From the sequence record PV625053.1: DNA of 44,317 nt. One strand, given 5' to 3'. This document shows, in pieces, positions 1 through 9,771 of this stretch. Made by a program: the position numbers and the translations under genes. The notes under the pieces were generated by a model, which saw only the letters and a program-made list of their open reading frames with translations, was not told the DNA's origin and did no database searches. The DNA comes from Klebsiella phage vB_Kpn_004_Koku. How positions within the stretch are numbered: position 1 is the first letter of the stretch; the number at the start of each line of letters is the position of its first letter.

Positions 1-1
1 C

Positions 2-655
2 GGTGCGCAGACTGACGTAGATCACTTCGTCAACTCTGGTACTGGCGAGGTTATCACAGGTGTGGAAGAAGATATCCACATTGTGCAGCTTGGCAAGTAC
101 GCTGACCTCACACCTATCGCTCAAGTGCTGGAGACGTACACCCGCCGCATTGGCATTGTCTTCATGATGGAGTCCTTGGTACGCCGTGATGCAGAGCGTG
201 TGACTGCCGTAGAGATCAAGCGCGATGCACTGGAAGTCGAGCAGAACATGGGCGGTGCATACTCCCTGTTCGCCATGACCATGCAGACACCTATCGCCTT
301 GTGGGGTTTGAACGAGGTAGGCAAGACCTTGACCTCGGATTTGATCGACCCTGTGATTATCACTGGCATCGAAGCGCTTGGGCGCATGGCAGAGCTTGAA
401 AAGCTGGCTGACTTCTCTCAGTACATGTCCTTACCTATGCAGTGGCCTGAGCCTGTGCAGCAGGCAATCAAGTGGCCGGACTATATGGATTGGGTGCGTG
501 GACAGATCTCTGCTGAACTTCCTTTCTTCAAGACAGAGGAAGAACTCCAGCAAGAGGCGGCACGCCAAGCAGAGGGACAGCAGGAGAACTTACTTAACGA
601 GGGTGTAGCTAAGGCTATTCCCGGTGTGATTCAACAATCAATGCAGGAGGGCTAA
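2..655 (+). CDS. portal (head-tail connector) protein, C-terminal part (gene wraps from window end)
   Basis: Frame open from base 2 with no upstream stop; C-terminal region recalls T7 gp8 (..GERVTAVEIKR.. vs T7 ..GERVTAEEIR..); joins in-frame to the N-terminal fragment at 43422..44317. Confidence 0.85.
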   Translation, partial: GAQTDVDHFVNSGTGEVITGVEEDIHIVQLGKYADLTPIAQVLETYTRRIGIVFMMESLVRRDAERVTAVEIKRDALEVEQNMGGAYSLFAMTMQTPIALWGLNEVGKTLTSDLIDPVIITGIEALGRMAELEKLADFSQYMSLPMQWPEPVQQAIKWPDYMDWVRGQISAELPFFKTEEELQQEAARQAEGQQENLLNEGVAKAIPGVIQQSMQEG

Positions 656-1557
656 TGGCTTTCTCATTCACTGAACCAACTACCACTCACCCTACTTCCG
701 ACGCAGCGCCGGAAGAGACTCAGGAGGCAACCACTGATGTTACCACTGATACTGATACTGTTGACACTAACGCTGATGTACAAAGCGACACTGGCGACAC
801 TGACGCTGGAGACGCCGGAGGAGAAGATCCTAAAGGCGAGACTCAAGAAGGAGAAGGCAAAGAGGAAGGCAAGCCTGCTGAGTCGTCTCAAGAAGAAGTA
901 AGCTATTTCTTTGGTGGCGAAGAAGTCACCATTGAAGTGCCGCAGGACGTGGAGGAAGAGCTCAAGGCTAAGGGGCTTGACGCCTACGCTATCGCTGCCG
1001 AGCTTTACGCTAAGGATGGCGACTTCTCTCTGTCAGAAGAGACGAAGCAGAAGCTGTATGACGCCTTCGGCAAGTTCGCCGTTGACGCCTACTTGTCTGG
1101 CCTCAAGGCACAGAACGAAGCCTTCATGCTCCGCTCCGAGAACGAAGCCAAGGAGCGCGAGGCCGCAGACGTGCAGCGCTTCACCGATATCTCCAAGGAG
1201 TGTGGAGGTGAAGAAGGTTGGAACCGTCTGGAAGAGTGGGCGCTTGAGGCTCTTAGTGACGACGAGCTTACCGCCTTCAATGCCGTGATGCAATCCGGGA
1301 ACCAGTACCTCCAGATGTACGCTGTGCGTGAACTGGAAGCACGTCGCAAGGCTGCACAGGGTGATGATGAGGTCACTCTTGTCCAGCCGTCTGCGCCTGC
1401 TGTTGACGCATCGGATAATTCCCCGCTCTCTGCGCAGGAGTACATCCGTGAGATCTCGCAACTGAGTCAGCGCTTCGGTCGTGACCGCAAAGCTGCCGCA
1501 GAAGCACAGGCCAAACTGGATGCCCGCCGTCGCGCTGGCATGGCTAAAGGTCTGTAA
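655..1557 (+). CDS. scaffolding protein
   Basis: 300 aa, highly acidic T/D-rich N-terminus, alpha-helical Glu/Ala/Lys-rich remainder; syntenic between portal and capsid genes as T7 gp9; ATG overlaps portal stop (TAATGG). Confidence 0.8.
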   Translation: MAFSFTEPTTTHPTSDAAPEETQEATTDVTTDTDTVDTNADVQSDTGDTDAGDAGGEDPKGETQEGEGKEEGKPAESSQEEVSYFFGGEEVTIEVPQDVEEELKAKGLDAYAIAAELYAKDGDFSLSEETKQKLYDAFGKFAVDAYLSGLKAQNEAFMLRSENEAKEREAADVQRFTDISKECGGEEGWNRLEEWALEALSDDELTAFNAVMQSGNQYLQMYAVRELEARRKAAQGDDEVTLVQPSAPAVDASDNSPLSAQEYIREISQLSQRFGRDRKAAAEAQAKLDARRRAGMAKGL

Positions 1558-1561
1558 GCCT

Positions 1562-1582
1562 ATTTAGGTGACACTATAGAAG
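1562..1582 (+). promoter_or_regulatory. SP6-type phage RNAP promoter (capsid)
   Basis: ATTTAGGTGACACTATAGAAG exact SP6 consensus. Confidence 0.9.
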
Positions 1583-1634
1583 GGAGGGATTTACCTCCCT
1601 AATATCAACTTGATTTATAAGGAGATTCTAATAC

Positions 1635-2858
1635 ATGAGCACCCCTAACACTCTGACGAACGTTGCCGTTTCCGCTTCCGGTGAAGTCGATAGCCTGCTG
1701 ATTGAGAAGTTCAACGGCAAGGTTAACGAGCAGTACCTCAAGGGTGAGAACATCATGTCTTACTTTGACGTACAGTCCGTGACTGGCACCAATACTGTTA
1801 GCAACAAATATCTCGGTGAGACTGAGTTGCAGGTGCTGGCTCCGGGTCAGTCTCCGGCTGCTACCTCTACTCAGGCGGATAAAAACCAACTGGTGATCGA
1901 TGCTACCGTTATCGCTCGTAACACCGTTGCTCACCTGCATGACGTACAGGGTGACATTGACAGCCTGAAACCGAAGCTGGCTGCTAACCAAGCCAAGCAA
2001 CTGAAACGCATGGAAGATGAGATGCTGATTCAGCAGATGCTGCTGGGAGGTATTGCCAACACTAAAGCTAAACGTAGAACTCCTCGTGTTAAGGGGCATG
2101 GCTTCTCTATTAACGTAGAGGTCAGTGAAGGCGAAGCACTTAGCAACCCGCAGTACGTAATGGCTGCTGTAGAGTTCGCTCTGGAGCAGCAGCTTGAGCA
2201 GGAAGTTGACATCTCTGATGTAGCTATCCTGATGCCGTGGCGTTACTTCAACGTACTGCGTGATGCAGACCGTATCGTAGATAAGACTTATACTATCAGC
2301 CAGTCTGGTGCTACCATTCAGGGCTTCACTCTGTCTTCCTACAACTGCCCGGTAATCCCGTCTAACCGATTCCCTAAATATGCCCAAGATCAGAAGCACC
2401 ACCTTCTGTCTAACGAGGATAATGGTTATCGCTATGACTCTACTGCGGAAATGAATGGTGCAATTGCTGTGCTGTTCACCGCTGATGCTCTGCTGGTTGG
2501 ACGCTCTATCGACGTGACAGGTGACATCTTCTACGAGAAGAAAGAGAAGACCTACTACATCGATACTTTCCTGTCCGAAGGTGCGATCCCTGATCGTTGG
2601 GAAGCTGTGTCTGTAGTTACCACCAAGCGTCAAGCTGTTACTGGCGCAGCGGATGAAACTGCCACTAATGCAGCAGATCATACGAAGGTGCTTGGTCGCG
2701 CTCGTCGTAAGGCAGTCTACACCAAGACCTTCGCTGAAGGTGGTGCTGGTTATGCTGCCTCTAGTGTATCTGCCGAGGATCTGGTGTCCGCAGTTCGCGC
2801 GGTACTTGCTGCCGATGTGAAACCGACTGCTATCAAGCCGGAAGCTAAGACCGAGTAA
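1635..2858 (+). CDS. major capsid protein
   Basis: 407 aa ORF directly downstream of a consensus SP6 promoter with an SD-like AAGGAG upstream of the ATG, followed by a strong terminator; position equals T7 gene 10. Confidence 0.85.
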   Translation: MSTPNTLTNVAVSASGEVDSLLIEKFNGKVNEQYLKGENIMSYFDVQSVTGTNTVSNKYLGETELQVLAPGQSPAATSTQADKNQLVIDATVIARNTVAHLHDVQGDIDSLKPKLAANQAKQLKRMEDEMLIQQMLLGGIANTKAKRRTPRVKGHGFSINVEVSEGEALSNPQYVMAAVEFALEQQLEQEVDISDVAILMPWRYFNVLRDADRIVDKTYTISQSGATIQGFTLSSYNCPVIPSNRFPKYAQDQKHHLLSNEDNGYRYDSTAEMNGAIAVLFTADALLVGRSIDVTGDIFYEKKEKTYYIDTFLSEGAIPDRWEAVSVVTTKRQAVTGAADETATNAADHTKVLGRARRKAVYTKTFAEGGAGYAASSVSAEDLVSAVRAVLAADVKPTAIKPEAKTE

Positions 2859-2863
2859 TAACT

Positions 2864-2900
2864 ATGCCCTATCCCGCCTTGGGGTAGGGCTATTTTGTTT
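2864..2900 (+). terminator. factor-independent terminator after capsid gene
   Basis: GCCCTATCCC-GCC-TTGGGGTAGGGC hairpin followed by TATTTTGTTT. Confidence 0.8.
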
Positions 2901-2910
2901 AGGAGGTTAA

Positions 2911-3642
2911 ATGCCACTTATTCAACCTAGTGATGTATCAGCGTTAATGTCTGATGCTACGTTTGGTATCATTGATAGTAAGCTGGAAGCGGTAAACCTC
3001 TGTATGCGTGCCATTGGTCGTGAGGGTGTTGACTCTTTGGACTCAGGCGATTTGGATGCGGAGGATGCGAACAAGATCATTGACCTTGTATCACAGCGTT
3101 TCCAGTATAATCAGGGTAACGGCTGGTGGTTCAATCGTGAACCTAACTGGAACATTGCACCCGATCAGAACGGAGAGGTCAATCTGCCTAACAATACGCT
3201 GTCCGTCCTGCAATGCTACGGACTGAATGACCTGAAAGTACCTATGACTTTGCGTGCTGGCAAGCTGTACTCTACGTGGAATCACACGTTTGATATGCGA
3301 GGGCATGTGAACCGTGACGGTCGTATTCGGCTGACTTTGGTTGTAATGCTGCCTTTTGAGCATCTGCCTACCAGCGTCATGCAGGCTATTGCGTATCAGG
3401 CAGCTTGTGAGTTCATCACGTCCAAAGATGCAGACAAGACTAAACTGCAAGTCCACCAGACTATCGCTAGTCAGTTATTGGTGAGTGTACAAGCGGAGCA
3501 GTCGGCACAGAAGCGACTCAACATGCTAGTCCACAATCCGACGCAGCGTCAGTTTGGTGTCATGGCAGGTGGCTACCAGAATATCCCGGCCTTCTCACAC
3601 TCACCTTATGACAGCTATCCACCACGTCCTTGGAGGTTATGA
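2911..3642 (+). CDS. tail tubular protein A (gp11-like)
   Basis: 243 aa, AGGAGG SD, syntenic position after capsid; overlaps start of next gene. Confidence 0.8.
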   Translation: MPLIQPSDVSALMSDATFGIIDSKLEAVNLCMRAIGREGVDSLDSGDLDAEDANKIIDLVSQRFQYNQGNGWWFNREPNWNIAPDQNGEVNLPNNTLSVLQCYGLNDLKVPMTLRAGKLYSTWNHTFDMRGHVNRDGRIRLTLVVMLPFEHLPTSVMQAIAYQAACEFITSKDADKTKLQVHQTIASQLLVSVQAEQSAQKRLNMLVHNPTQRQFGVMAGGYQNIPAFSHSPYDSYPPRPWRL

Positions 3643-6044
3643 TGGAAGTTCAAGGCTCATTAGGCAGGCAGATTCAAGGTATCAGCCAGCAACCGCCAGC
3701 CGTCCGCCTTGACGGGCAATGCACAGATATGGTTAACATGGTTCCAGATGTTGTTGATGGAACTAAATCCCGCATGGGTACAACTCACCTGAACAAACTG
3801 ATGGCAAAAGGCGAGGACAACATGGCATTCCACCATTACCGTCGAGGTGACGGCGATGAGGAATACTTCTTCGTCATGAAGCAAGGTGCGATCCCTGAAA
3901 TCTTTGATCGCATGGGTAATCGCTGCAATGTCACCTCTTCCGACGCACCTATGGTCTACCTTAGCGAAGTGCAGAACCCAAGGGAAGATGTACAGTTCAT
4001 GACTATTGCAGATGTAACATTCATGCTTAACCGTAGGAAGGTCGTCCGTGCGAGAGAAGAGCGATCACCAAAGGTTGGTTCGACTGCCCTAGTCTTCTGT
4101 GCTTATGGCAATTACGGTACGAAGTACCAGATCACTATTAATGGTCAGGTTGCTGCCGAGTACAAGACAAAGGATGGCGGGGAAGCAAGTCATGTAGAAA
4201 CTATCCGAACCGAGGTTATCGCAGAGCAGTTATTCGTGCAACTACAGCAATGGGATGGTGTGTCACAGTATGATGTATCCCGGATGGGTACTACAATTGT
4301 GATCACCCGCAAGGATGGTAACACTGACTTCACTGTGAGCACCGAGGATGGTGCGAAAGGAAGAGACTTGGTGGCTATCAAGTACAAAGTTACCTCCACT
4401 GACCTGCTGCCGAGTAAGGCACCAGAAGGGTACAAGGTGCAGGTATGGCCTACAGGCAGTAAGCCTGAATCTCGTTACTGGCTGGTGGCTGAGAAAGCAG
4501 AGGGCAACCTTGTGACGTGGAAGGAGACAATCGCAGCAGATGTGAAGTTGGGATTCGACAAGAACACCATGCCCTACATCATTGAGCGCACAGGTATCGT
4601 CGGAGGTGTGGCGCAATTCAAGATTCGCCAAGGTGATTGGGAAGACCGTCGGGTCGGTGACGACTTGACTAACCCGATGCCATCGTTCATTGACGACGAG
4701 GTGCCGCAGCGCTTGGGAGGTATGTTCATGGTACAAAACCGTCTTTGTGTAACAGCAGGCGAGGCTGTAATCATGTCCCGTACTTCCCACTTCTTTGACT
4801 TCTTCCGGTACACGGTAGTATCTGCACTAGACACTGACCCGATTGATATCTTCTCTGATGCAAGCGAGGTCTACCAGCTAAAGCACGCTATCACCTTAGA
4901 CGGCGACACGGTATTGTTCTCTGACAACTCTCAGTTCATCCTACCGGGTGACAAGGCGCTGACCAAGGATAACGCACTGCTGAAACCTGCTACTGCCTTC
5001 GAGGTGAACAACAACGTTCGCCCGGTGGCTACAGGTGAGTCTGTCATGTTCGCTACGAGTGAAGGCTCCTACTCTGGCATCCGGGAGTTCTATACGGATT
5101 CCTACTCTGATACCAAGAAGGCACAGCCTATCACAAGTCACGTCAATAAGTTGATTGAGGGCAACATCATCTCAATGGTGGCAAGTTCCAACATCAACCG
5201 CTTATTCGTGATGGCTGACAAGAACCGCAATGTGGTCTACGTTTATGACTGGCTCTGGCAAGGAACTGACCGAGTGCAGGCAGCCTGGCATCGTTGGGTG
5301 TGGCCTACTGACGTCAAGGTACGAGCGATGTTCTACTCCAGTGAAACGGTATACCTCCTCATTGAGCGAGGGAGTCAGGGTTTATTCCTTGAGAAGATGG
5401 ATATGGGTGACGCTATAGAGTACCACCTTGAAGACCAGATTCGCTTAGACCGCAAGGCGCTCATCTCCTTTGCCTATGACGCTGCGTCGGATGGCTGGTA
5501 CTCTAGCGCGCTTCCGTGGTGGCCGGAGCATCCAGAGATGCTAGAGTGTGTCCTTACGCAAGGGTGGCCTGCCTATGTCGGTGGCTCTTTCCTGTTCCAA
5601 CATGAAGGTGCTGGTAACAGGTTGCATACCACTTTTGACCTTGGCGAAGAGGGCTCTATCGTTCATTGTGTGGTAGGTGAGCATTACTCGCAAGAGTTTG
5701 AGCCTACACCTGTAGTGATCAAAGACTCTCAAGGTCGTACCTCGTACATCGATACGCCTGTCGTTGGGCTCGTTCATCTTAACTTGGACAAGTATCCAGA
5801 CTTCACCGTAGAAATCACGAATGCTTCCGGGCGCAAGCGCGTAGCTAAGGCATCGAACCGCATAGGCGGTGCCCCCAACAACATTGTTGGTTACGTTAAG
5901 CCGAAGGAGGGTATATTCAAGTTCCCGCTACGTGCCAAGGGCACAGATGCGACATACCGTATCAAGTCTGTAGCACCGCACACATTGCAGCTACGGGACA
6001 TTGAGTGGGAGGGTTCGTACAATCCAAGTAAGAGGAGGGTGTAA
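3642..6044 (+). CDS. tail tubular protein B (gp12-like)
   Basis: ORF-track start at 3630 is a TTG; ATG at 3642 sits 5 nt after GGAGG. N-terminus ..LGRQIQGISQQPPAVRLDGQ.. recalls T7 gp12 ..KGGISQQPDILRYPDQ.. Confidence 0.85.
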   Translation: MEVQGSLGRQIQGISQQPPAVRLDGQCTDMVNMVPDVVDGTKSRMGTTHLNKLMAKGEDNMAFHHYRRGDGDEEYFFVMKQGAIPEIFDRMGNRCNVTSSDAPMVYLSEVQNPREDVQFMTIADVTFMLNRRKVVRAREERSPKVGSTALVFCAYGNYGTKYQITINGQVAAEYKTKDGGEASHVETIRTEVIAEQLFVQLQQWDGVSQYDVSRMGTTIVITRKDGNTDFTVSTEDGAKGRDLVAIKYKVTSTDLLPSKAPEGYKVQVWPTGSKPESRYWLVAEKAEGNLVTWKETIAADVKLGFDKNTMPYIIERTGIVGGVAQFKIRQGDWEDRRVGDDLTNPMPSFIDDEVPQRLGGMFMVQNRLCVTAGEAVIMSRTSHFFDFFRYTVVSALDTDPIDIFSDASEVYQLKHAITLDGDTVLFSDNSQFILPGDKALTKDNALLKPATAFEVNNNVRPVATGESVMFATSEGSYSGIREFYTDSYSDTKKAQPITSHVNKLIEGNIISMVASSNINRLFVMADKNRNVVYVYDWLWQGTDRVQAAWHRWVWPTDVKVRAMFYSSETVYLLIERGSQGLFLEKMDMGDAIEYHLEDQIRLDRKALISFAYDAASDGWYSSALPWWPEHPEMLECVLTQGWPAYVGGSFLFQHEGAGNRLHTTFDLGEEGSIVHCVVGEHYSQEFEPTPVVIKDSQGRTSYIDTPVVGLVHLNLDKYPDFTVEITNASGRKRVAKASNRIGGAPNNIVGYVKPKEGIFKFPLRAKGTDATYRIKSVAPHTLQLRDIEWEGSYNPSKRRV

Positions 6045-6748
6045 TGGCAATAATCGGCTCTGCCGCTGCCTCCCTCGGTAGCATGTTCGGAGGTAGTGCC
6101 GCCGCTGGCGGTGCTGCTGCTGCCGGAGGTAGTGGCATCCTTGGCTCTGCTATGGGCTGGCTGGGTGGTTCCACGGCTGGCTTCTCTAACTCTGGTCTGC
6201 TGTCTATGGGTGGCTCTTTGCTTAGTAGTCTGACAAGTTTCTTGTCTGGTGGAAAAGAGGCGGAGGCGCTACGCAAGCAGCAGCAGGAACAATGGAAGCA
6301 GCAAATGATCAACACCCGCGAGCAGTACCGCCAATTGGGTGACTTGGAACGTCAGGCTAACAAGGAGTTTCACCAAGACATTATCCAGAACCAAGTGTCT
6401 TTGCTACAGCAGCAGGCACAGGTTGAGCTAATGGCTGGTGCCTCTGGTACTGGAGGTGCTTCCATCTCTTCCTTGCTCGGAGATTTATCCGGGCAGGCAG
6501 GCAGGAACCAATCCCAGCTTATTGATAACTTTGAGAATCAGCAGCAGAGTTTCATCAATCAAGCTAAAGCAATCCAGACAGGTGGACAGATGCAGCAACG
6601 TAGCTTTGAGAAGCCGTCTGCGTTTAGTTCCCTGCTATCTGGTGTCGGTAGCGCTGCCACCTCATACCTATCTGGTGCTAAGACCGGGAAGGCATTGAGC
6701 ACAGCGTGGAAAGAATCAAGAACCTATTCCTCTGGAGTAGGACGATAA
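6044..6748 (+). CDS. internal virion protein A (gp14-like), Gly/Ala/Ser-rich
   Basis: 234 aa, glycine-rich N-terminal half, Gln-rich coiled C-half; ATG overlaps upstream stop (TAATGG); synteny with T7 core genes 13-16. Confidence 0.7.
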   Translation: MAIIGSAAASLGSMFGGSAAAGGAAAAGGSGILGSAMGWLGGSTAGFSNSGLLSMGGSLLSSLTSFLSGGKEAEALRKQQQEQWKQQMINTREQYRQLGDLERQANKEFHQDIIQNQVSLLQQQAQVELMAGASGTGGASISSLLGDLSGQAGRNQSQLIDNFENQQQSFINQAKAIQTGGQMQQRSFEKPSAFSSLLSGVGSAATSYLSGAKTGKALSTAWKESRTYSSGVGR

Positions 6749-6757
6749 GGAGGGAAC

Positions 6758-9703
6758 ATGGCAATTGAGCGTCAAGCTGTGCAAGGCTTGCAGCAGGTGA
6801 AGTCTACGGGCGGCCCTCGTATGGCAGGAACCTCTGCAATCCAAGTGAGCGAGCCTCAAATTCGACGTAGCGGCTCATCATTCATCGACGATATCTTTAG
6901 TGCCGCTGGTGCCTTCGCTACGGTTGGCACCGAGATTATGCAGCAAGCCGTTGAAGACGATAAGGTACGTCAGTATGACCGCGCCTTGCAGGGCTTGATG
7001 CCTTCCGATGATGCGACTGTGGGTGGTGCTCGCGCCCACATGCTGGTGCAGTTACAGAATGATGTGCTGGGCCACACCATCGCATTGCAGGATGAAGCCA
7101 AGCGGTTCCAAGGCTCGGATGAAGAGTGGGAGCAGAAGGTGGTTGACTCCCGCAACGCTATCCAAGCCAAGGTCTACCAGCAATATCCGGGCCTGCAAGG
7201 GGATAAGGATACAATGCGCCTCGTCTCCAATGCATTCATGGAGCAGCAGCCTAAGATCTTCGCAGCAAGGGCAAGTGCCAAGCTGGAGCGGGAAGCACAG
7301 CAGCGCACCGAGGCAATGCATTCTCGCGTATTGATGGTGACGGAAGGTCTGTCTGGTAGTTCACTGGATGCGGCACTTCACCAGCTACAGCAGGAGGCCG
7401 TCACCATGCAGCTTACCAAGCCTGAGTATGAAGAGATGATTGCTCAGATTGCAATGGAACGGGCGGCCATTGGTGATTCAACATTCGTTGAAGCCACTAA
7501 ATCCTTGAAGGATGCTAATGGCATTTCCTTGTATCAGCGTAATGGCAAACTACAGACTGCCGAGATTCAGGCTAACCGGAATTGGGCTGCTCAGAATCAG
7601 GTGGAACTCTTCGAGAAGAAGGATGCAGCGATTCAGGCATTCACTAAGGGTGAGCTTGACCGGGAAGAGATGCTCAAGATTATGCAGAACCACAATGAAA
7701 TCTCTGGTGGCACTGCATGGTCTGACGGTGAGATCAAATCCTTGTTCGACCGTGTAGCTAAGAAGAATGCCGAGGATGCCAAGATGCAGGATCTACTGGC
7801 CCGTGGTCAGACTGGATCGCCGCTTGGCTTGCAGGATATCAGCAACGAAGACCGCAAGGCATATGCCGAGGCTTTGGCTGGCACCTACACCAAGCTGGCT
7901 GAGGATGAGATCAAGCGCACTGGCGCTACCGGAGATCAGGCCGAAGCTATCCGTGGTCGTTACGAGCAGATGCGCTATCTCAAGCTGGGACAAGACCTCA
8001 TCAAAGACCCAAACATTCAGGCACGCTATGACTCCCTGATGCAAATGTCCTCTGCCAACCTCAAGGATATGAATACGGAGCCGGAGGCGCTCAAGACGCT
8101 GATGAATGCCCGCGACTCTATCCCGGAGGATGCACGTCGTGCCGTCATGGGCGACAAGGAGTACGCCTTTGTCGAGAACTATGACCGTGCATTGCAGATG
8201 GGTTATAACGTGGGTCAGGCTGTGGAGTTCGCGCAGAACGTTGCCAAGGGTGAGAAGCTACAAGGCTCCGTCCTCAAAGAGCTATCCTCGGATGTGGAGG
8301 GTATTGTTGATGATATCGCTGGTGGTAGCTGGCTTACTCGTGGCGACAACATGAGTGAAGCTGGTCGCAGTATTGTGTTGGACGATGCTATGACTATTGC
8401 CCGCGCCATGAAGGTGGCTGGTCACAACAACGACACCATCAAACGTCACCTGCAATCCTATCTCACCTCTCAATACACTCAGCTATCAGAGGGTTTCTTC
8501 ACGCAAGGTGTGTTGGTCAAAGGTGACGCTCGCGCTTTAGGTGACGCTATAGGAGTGAACCAGAAGGACGTACCTATCGCGCTTCGTCAATACATTAATA
8601 ATCACAAGCAAGAGTTGCTTGATCAATCTGGAGGAATGAGTGAAGAGGATATCTACGTGGATGTTGACTCTAAGCGTGGCATGTTTGTTATTCGTGCTGG
8701 CTCAGGTCGCACTCCCCTCACCCCAGCAATGCCGCTCTCTGAAATTAAAGGACAATCCCTACTTCGAGAGCATTACGACGCTAAAGTAAAAGAGCGCGAC
8801 GAAGCCAAGAAGAACTTCGAGGCGCAGCAGATGCGCATGTGGGGTGCTGGTGGCTACCAAGCACAGCCTCTACAGAAAGGTGATGTGACAGCGAAAGCCG
8901 TAGGGAAGCGGGGTATCGCTGACTTCTTAATGTCTCCCGCCTTTGCAGCAGGTGAGAACCTTCCGAAGAACTTCGAGTTCGGCTACGACAAGAAGAATCA
9001 GGACTTCTTCGACTATGTAGCCAAGACAGAGAACGGCATGAACGTAGGCTTCGACCGTGTAGCAGGTGTGTACACCCCGTACAAAGATGCGCATGGTCAG
9101 TCTGTAGGTTACGGTCACTTCCTCACTGCCGAAGAGAAAGCTAATGGTTACATTATGATTGGCACTGATAAAGTCCCATTCAAACCGGGTCAGTCGCAAC
9201 TCACCCCGGATCGAGCCATGCGCCTTCTCAAGCAGGACATGAAGAAGAACGTACCGTCTACCAAAGATTGGGCCATCCCTTTCGATGCGATGCACCCAAG
9301 TACCCAGCGTGGTATCATGGACTTGACCTATAACTTAGGTAAGACTGGCATCCAGAAGTCACCAAAGGCATACGCAGCTTTCAAGGCTGGACGTATCACT
9401 GATGGCTTCATTGAGATGTTAGGCACCGCATCTACCGAGGGTAAGCGCAGTCCGGGATTGCTGGTTCGTCGCGCAGAAGCGTATAACATGGCACAAAGTG
9501 AAGCAGGTGTTCCTCGTATCAGCGAGGTGGAGACGCGAGCAGACGGCTCTATGTACGTCAAGTTCGCAGGTAAGATGTCACCTGCATTCGTAAGCAAGAG
9601 CATTCACAGTCGTATCGATAAGAACGGGTGGATGCAAGTGTACCCGCCTGGTGCTGGCAAGTTGGTTGCTGGTGCCAAAGTGGGTAAGGTGAAAGTTAAG
9701 TAG
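6758..9703 (+). CDS. internal virion protein B (gp15-like) with C-terminal T4-lysozyme-like (GH24) domain
   Basis: 981 aa; residues ~750-910 (..AKTENGMNVGFDRVAGVYTPYKDAHGQSVGYGHFLT.. / ..MDLTYNLGKTG..) match T4 lysozyme catalytic E...D...T region (..[22 protein letters not shown]..). Confidence 0.8.
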   Translation: MAIERQAVQGLQQVKSTGGPRMAGTSAIQVSEPQIRRSGSSFIDDIFSAAGAFATVGTEIMQQAVEDDKVRQYDRALQGLMPSDDATVGGARAHMLVQLQNDVLGHTIALQDEAKRFQGSDEEWEQKVVDSRNAIQAKVYQQYPGLQGDKDTMRLVSNAFMEQQPKIFAARASAKLEREAQQRTEAMHSRVLMVTEGLSGSSLDAALHQLQQEAVTMQLTKPEYEEMIAQIAMERAAIGDSTFVEATKSLKDANGISLYQRNGKLQTAEIQANRNWAAQNQVELFEKKDAAIQAFTKGELDREEMLKIMQNHNEISGGTAWSDGEIKSLFDRVAKKNAEDAKMQDLLARGQTGSPLGLQDISNEDRKAYAEALAGTYTKLAEDEIKRTGATGDQAEAIRGRYEQMRYLKLGQDLIKDPNIQARYDSLMQMSSANLKDMNTEPEALKTLMNARDSIPEDARRAVMGDKEYAFVENYDRALQMGYNVGQAVEFAQNVAKGEKLQGSVLKELSSDVEGIVDDIAGGSWLTRGDNMSEAGRSIVLDDAMTIARAMKVAGHNNDTIKRHLQSYLTSQYTQLSEGFFTQGVLVKGDARALGDAIGVNQKDVPIALRQYINNHKQELLDQSGGMSEEDIYVDVDSKRGMFVIRAGSGRTPLTPAMPLSEIKGQSLLREHYDAKVKERDEAKKNFEAQQMRMWGAGGYQAQPLQKGDVTAKAVGKRGIADFLMSPAFAAGENLPKNFEFGYDKKNQDFFDYVAKTENGMNVGFDRVAGVYTPYKDAHGQSVGYGHFLTAEEKANGYIMIGTDKVPFKPGQSQLTPDRAMRLLKQDMKKNVPSTKDWAIPFDAMHPSTQRGIMDLTYNLGKTGIQKSPKAYAAFKAGRITDGFIEMLGTASTEGKRSPGLLVRRAEAYNMAQSEAGVPRISEVETRADGSMYVKFAGKMSPAFVSKSIHSRIDKNGWMQVYPPGAGKLVAGAKVGKVKVK

Positions 9704-9715
9704 TGTCATACTCAA

Positions 9716-9746
9716 GGGTTGTCCAACACGTTGGACAGCCTTTTAT
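9716..9746 (+). terminator. terminator-like hairpin built on palindrome copy
   Basis: GGGTTGTCCAAC-AC-GTTGGACAGCC then TTTTAT. Confidence 0.55.
9720..9737. repeat. palindrome copy TGTCCAACACGTTGGACA
   Basis: member of 9-copy family GTCCAAC-NN-GTTGGAC; intergenic. Confidence 0.9.
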
Positions 9747-9771
9747 GAATGGCATTAACTAAGGAGGTAAC

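Noticed and set aside
1605-2681. 358-aa minus-strand ORF antisense to the capsid gene. Other long minus-strand ORFs behave the same way, e.g. 11434..12231, 41419..42267, 25894..26418, 36169..36729 and 4263..4790.
   Set aside because: Each overlaps a + strand gene that has recognisable homology, SD sequences and phage promoters. T7-group genomes are transcribed entirely rightward, and these ORFs have no SD or promoter support. The 25894..26418 ORF is a typical artefact of a GC-rich Ala/Glu repeat region.
2858-2910. Possible -1 frameshift extension of the capsid gene (T7 10A/10B-like minor capsid)
   Set aside because: There is no long alternative-frame ORF beyond the capsid stop. A strong terminator follows within 10 nt.
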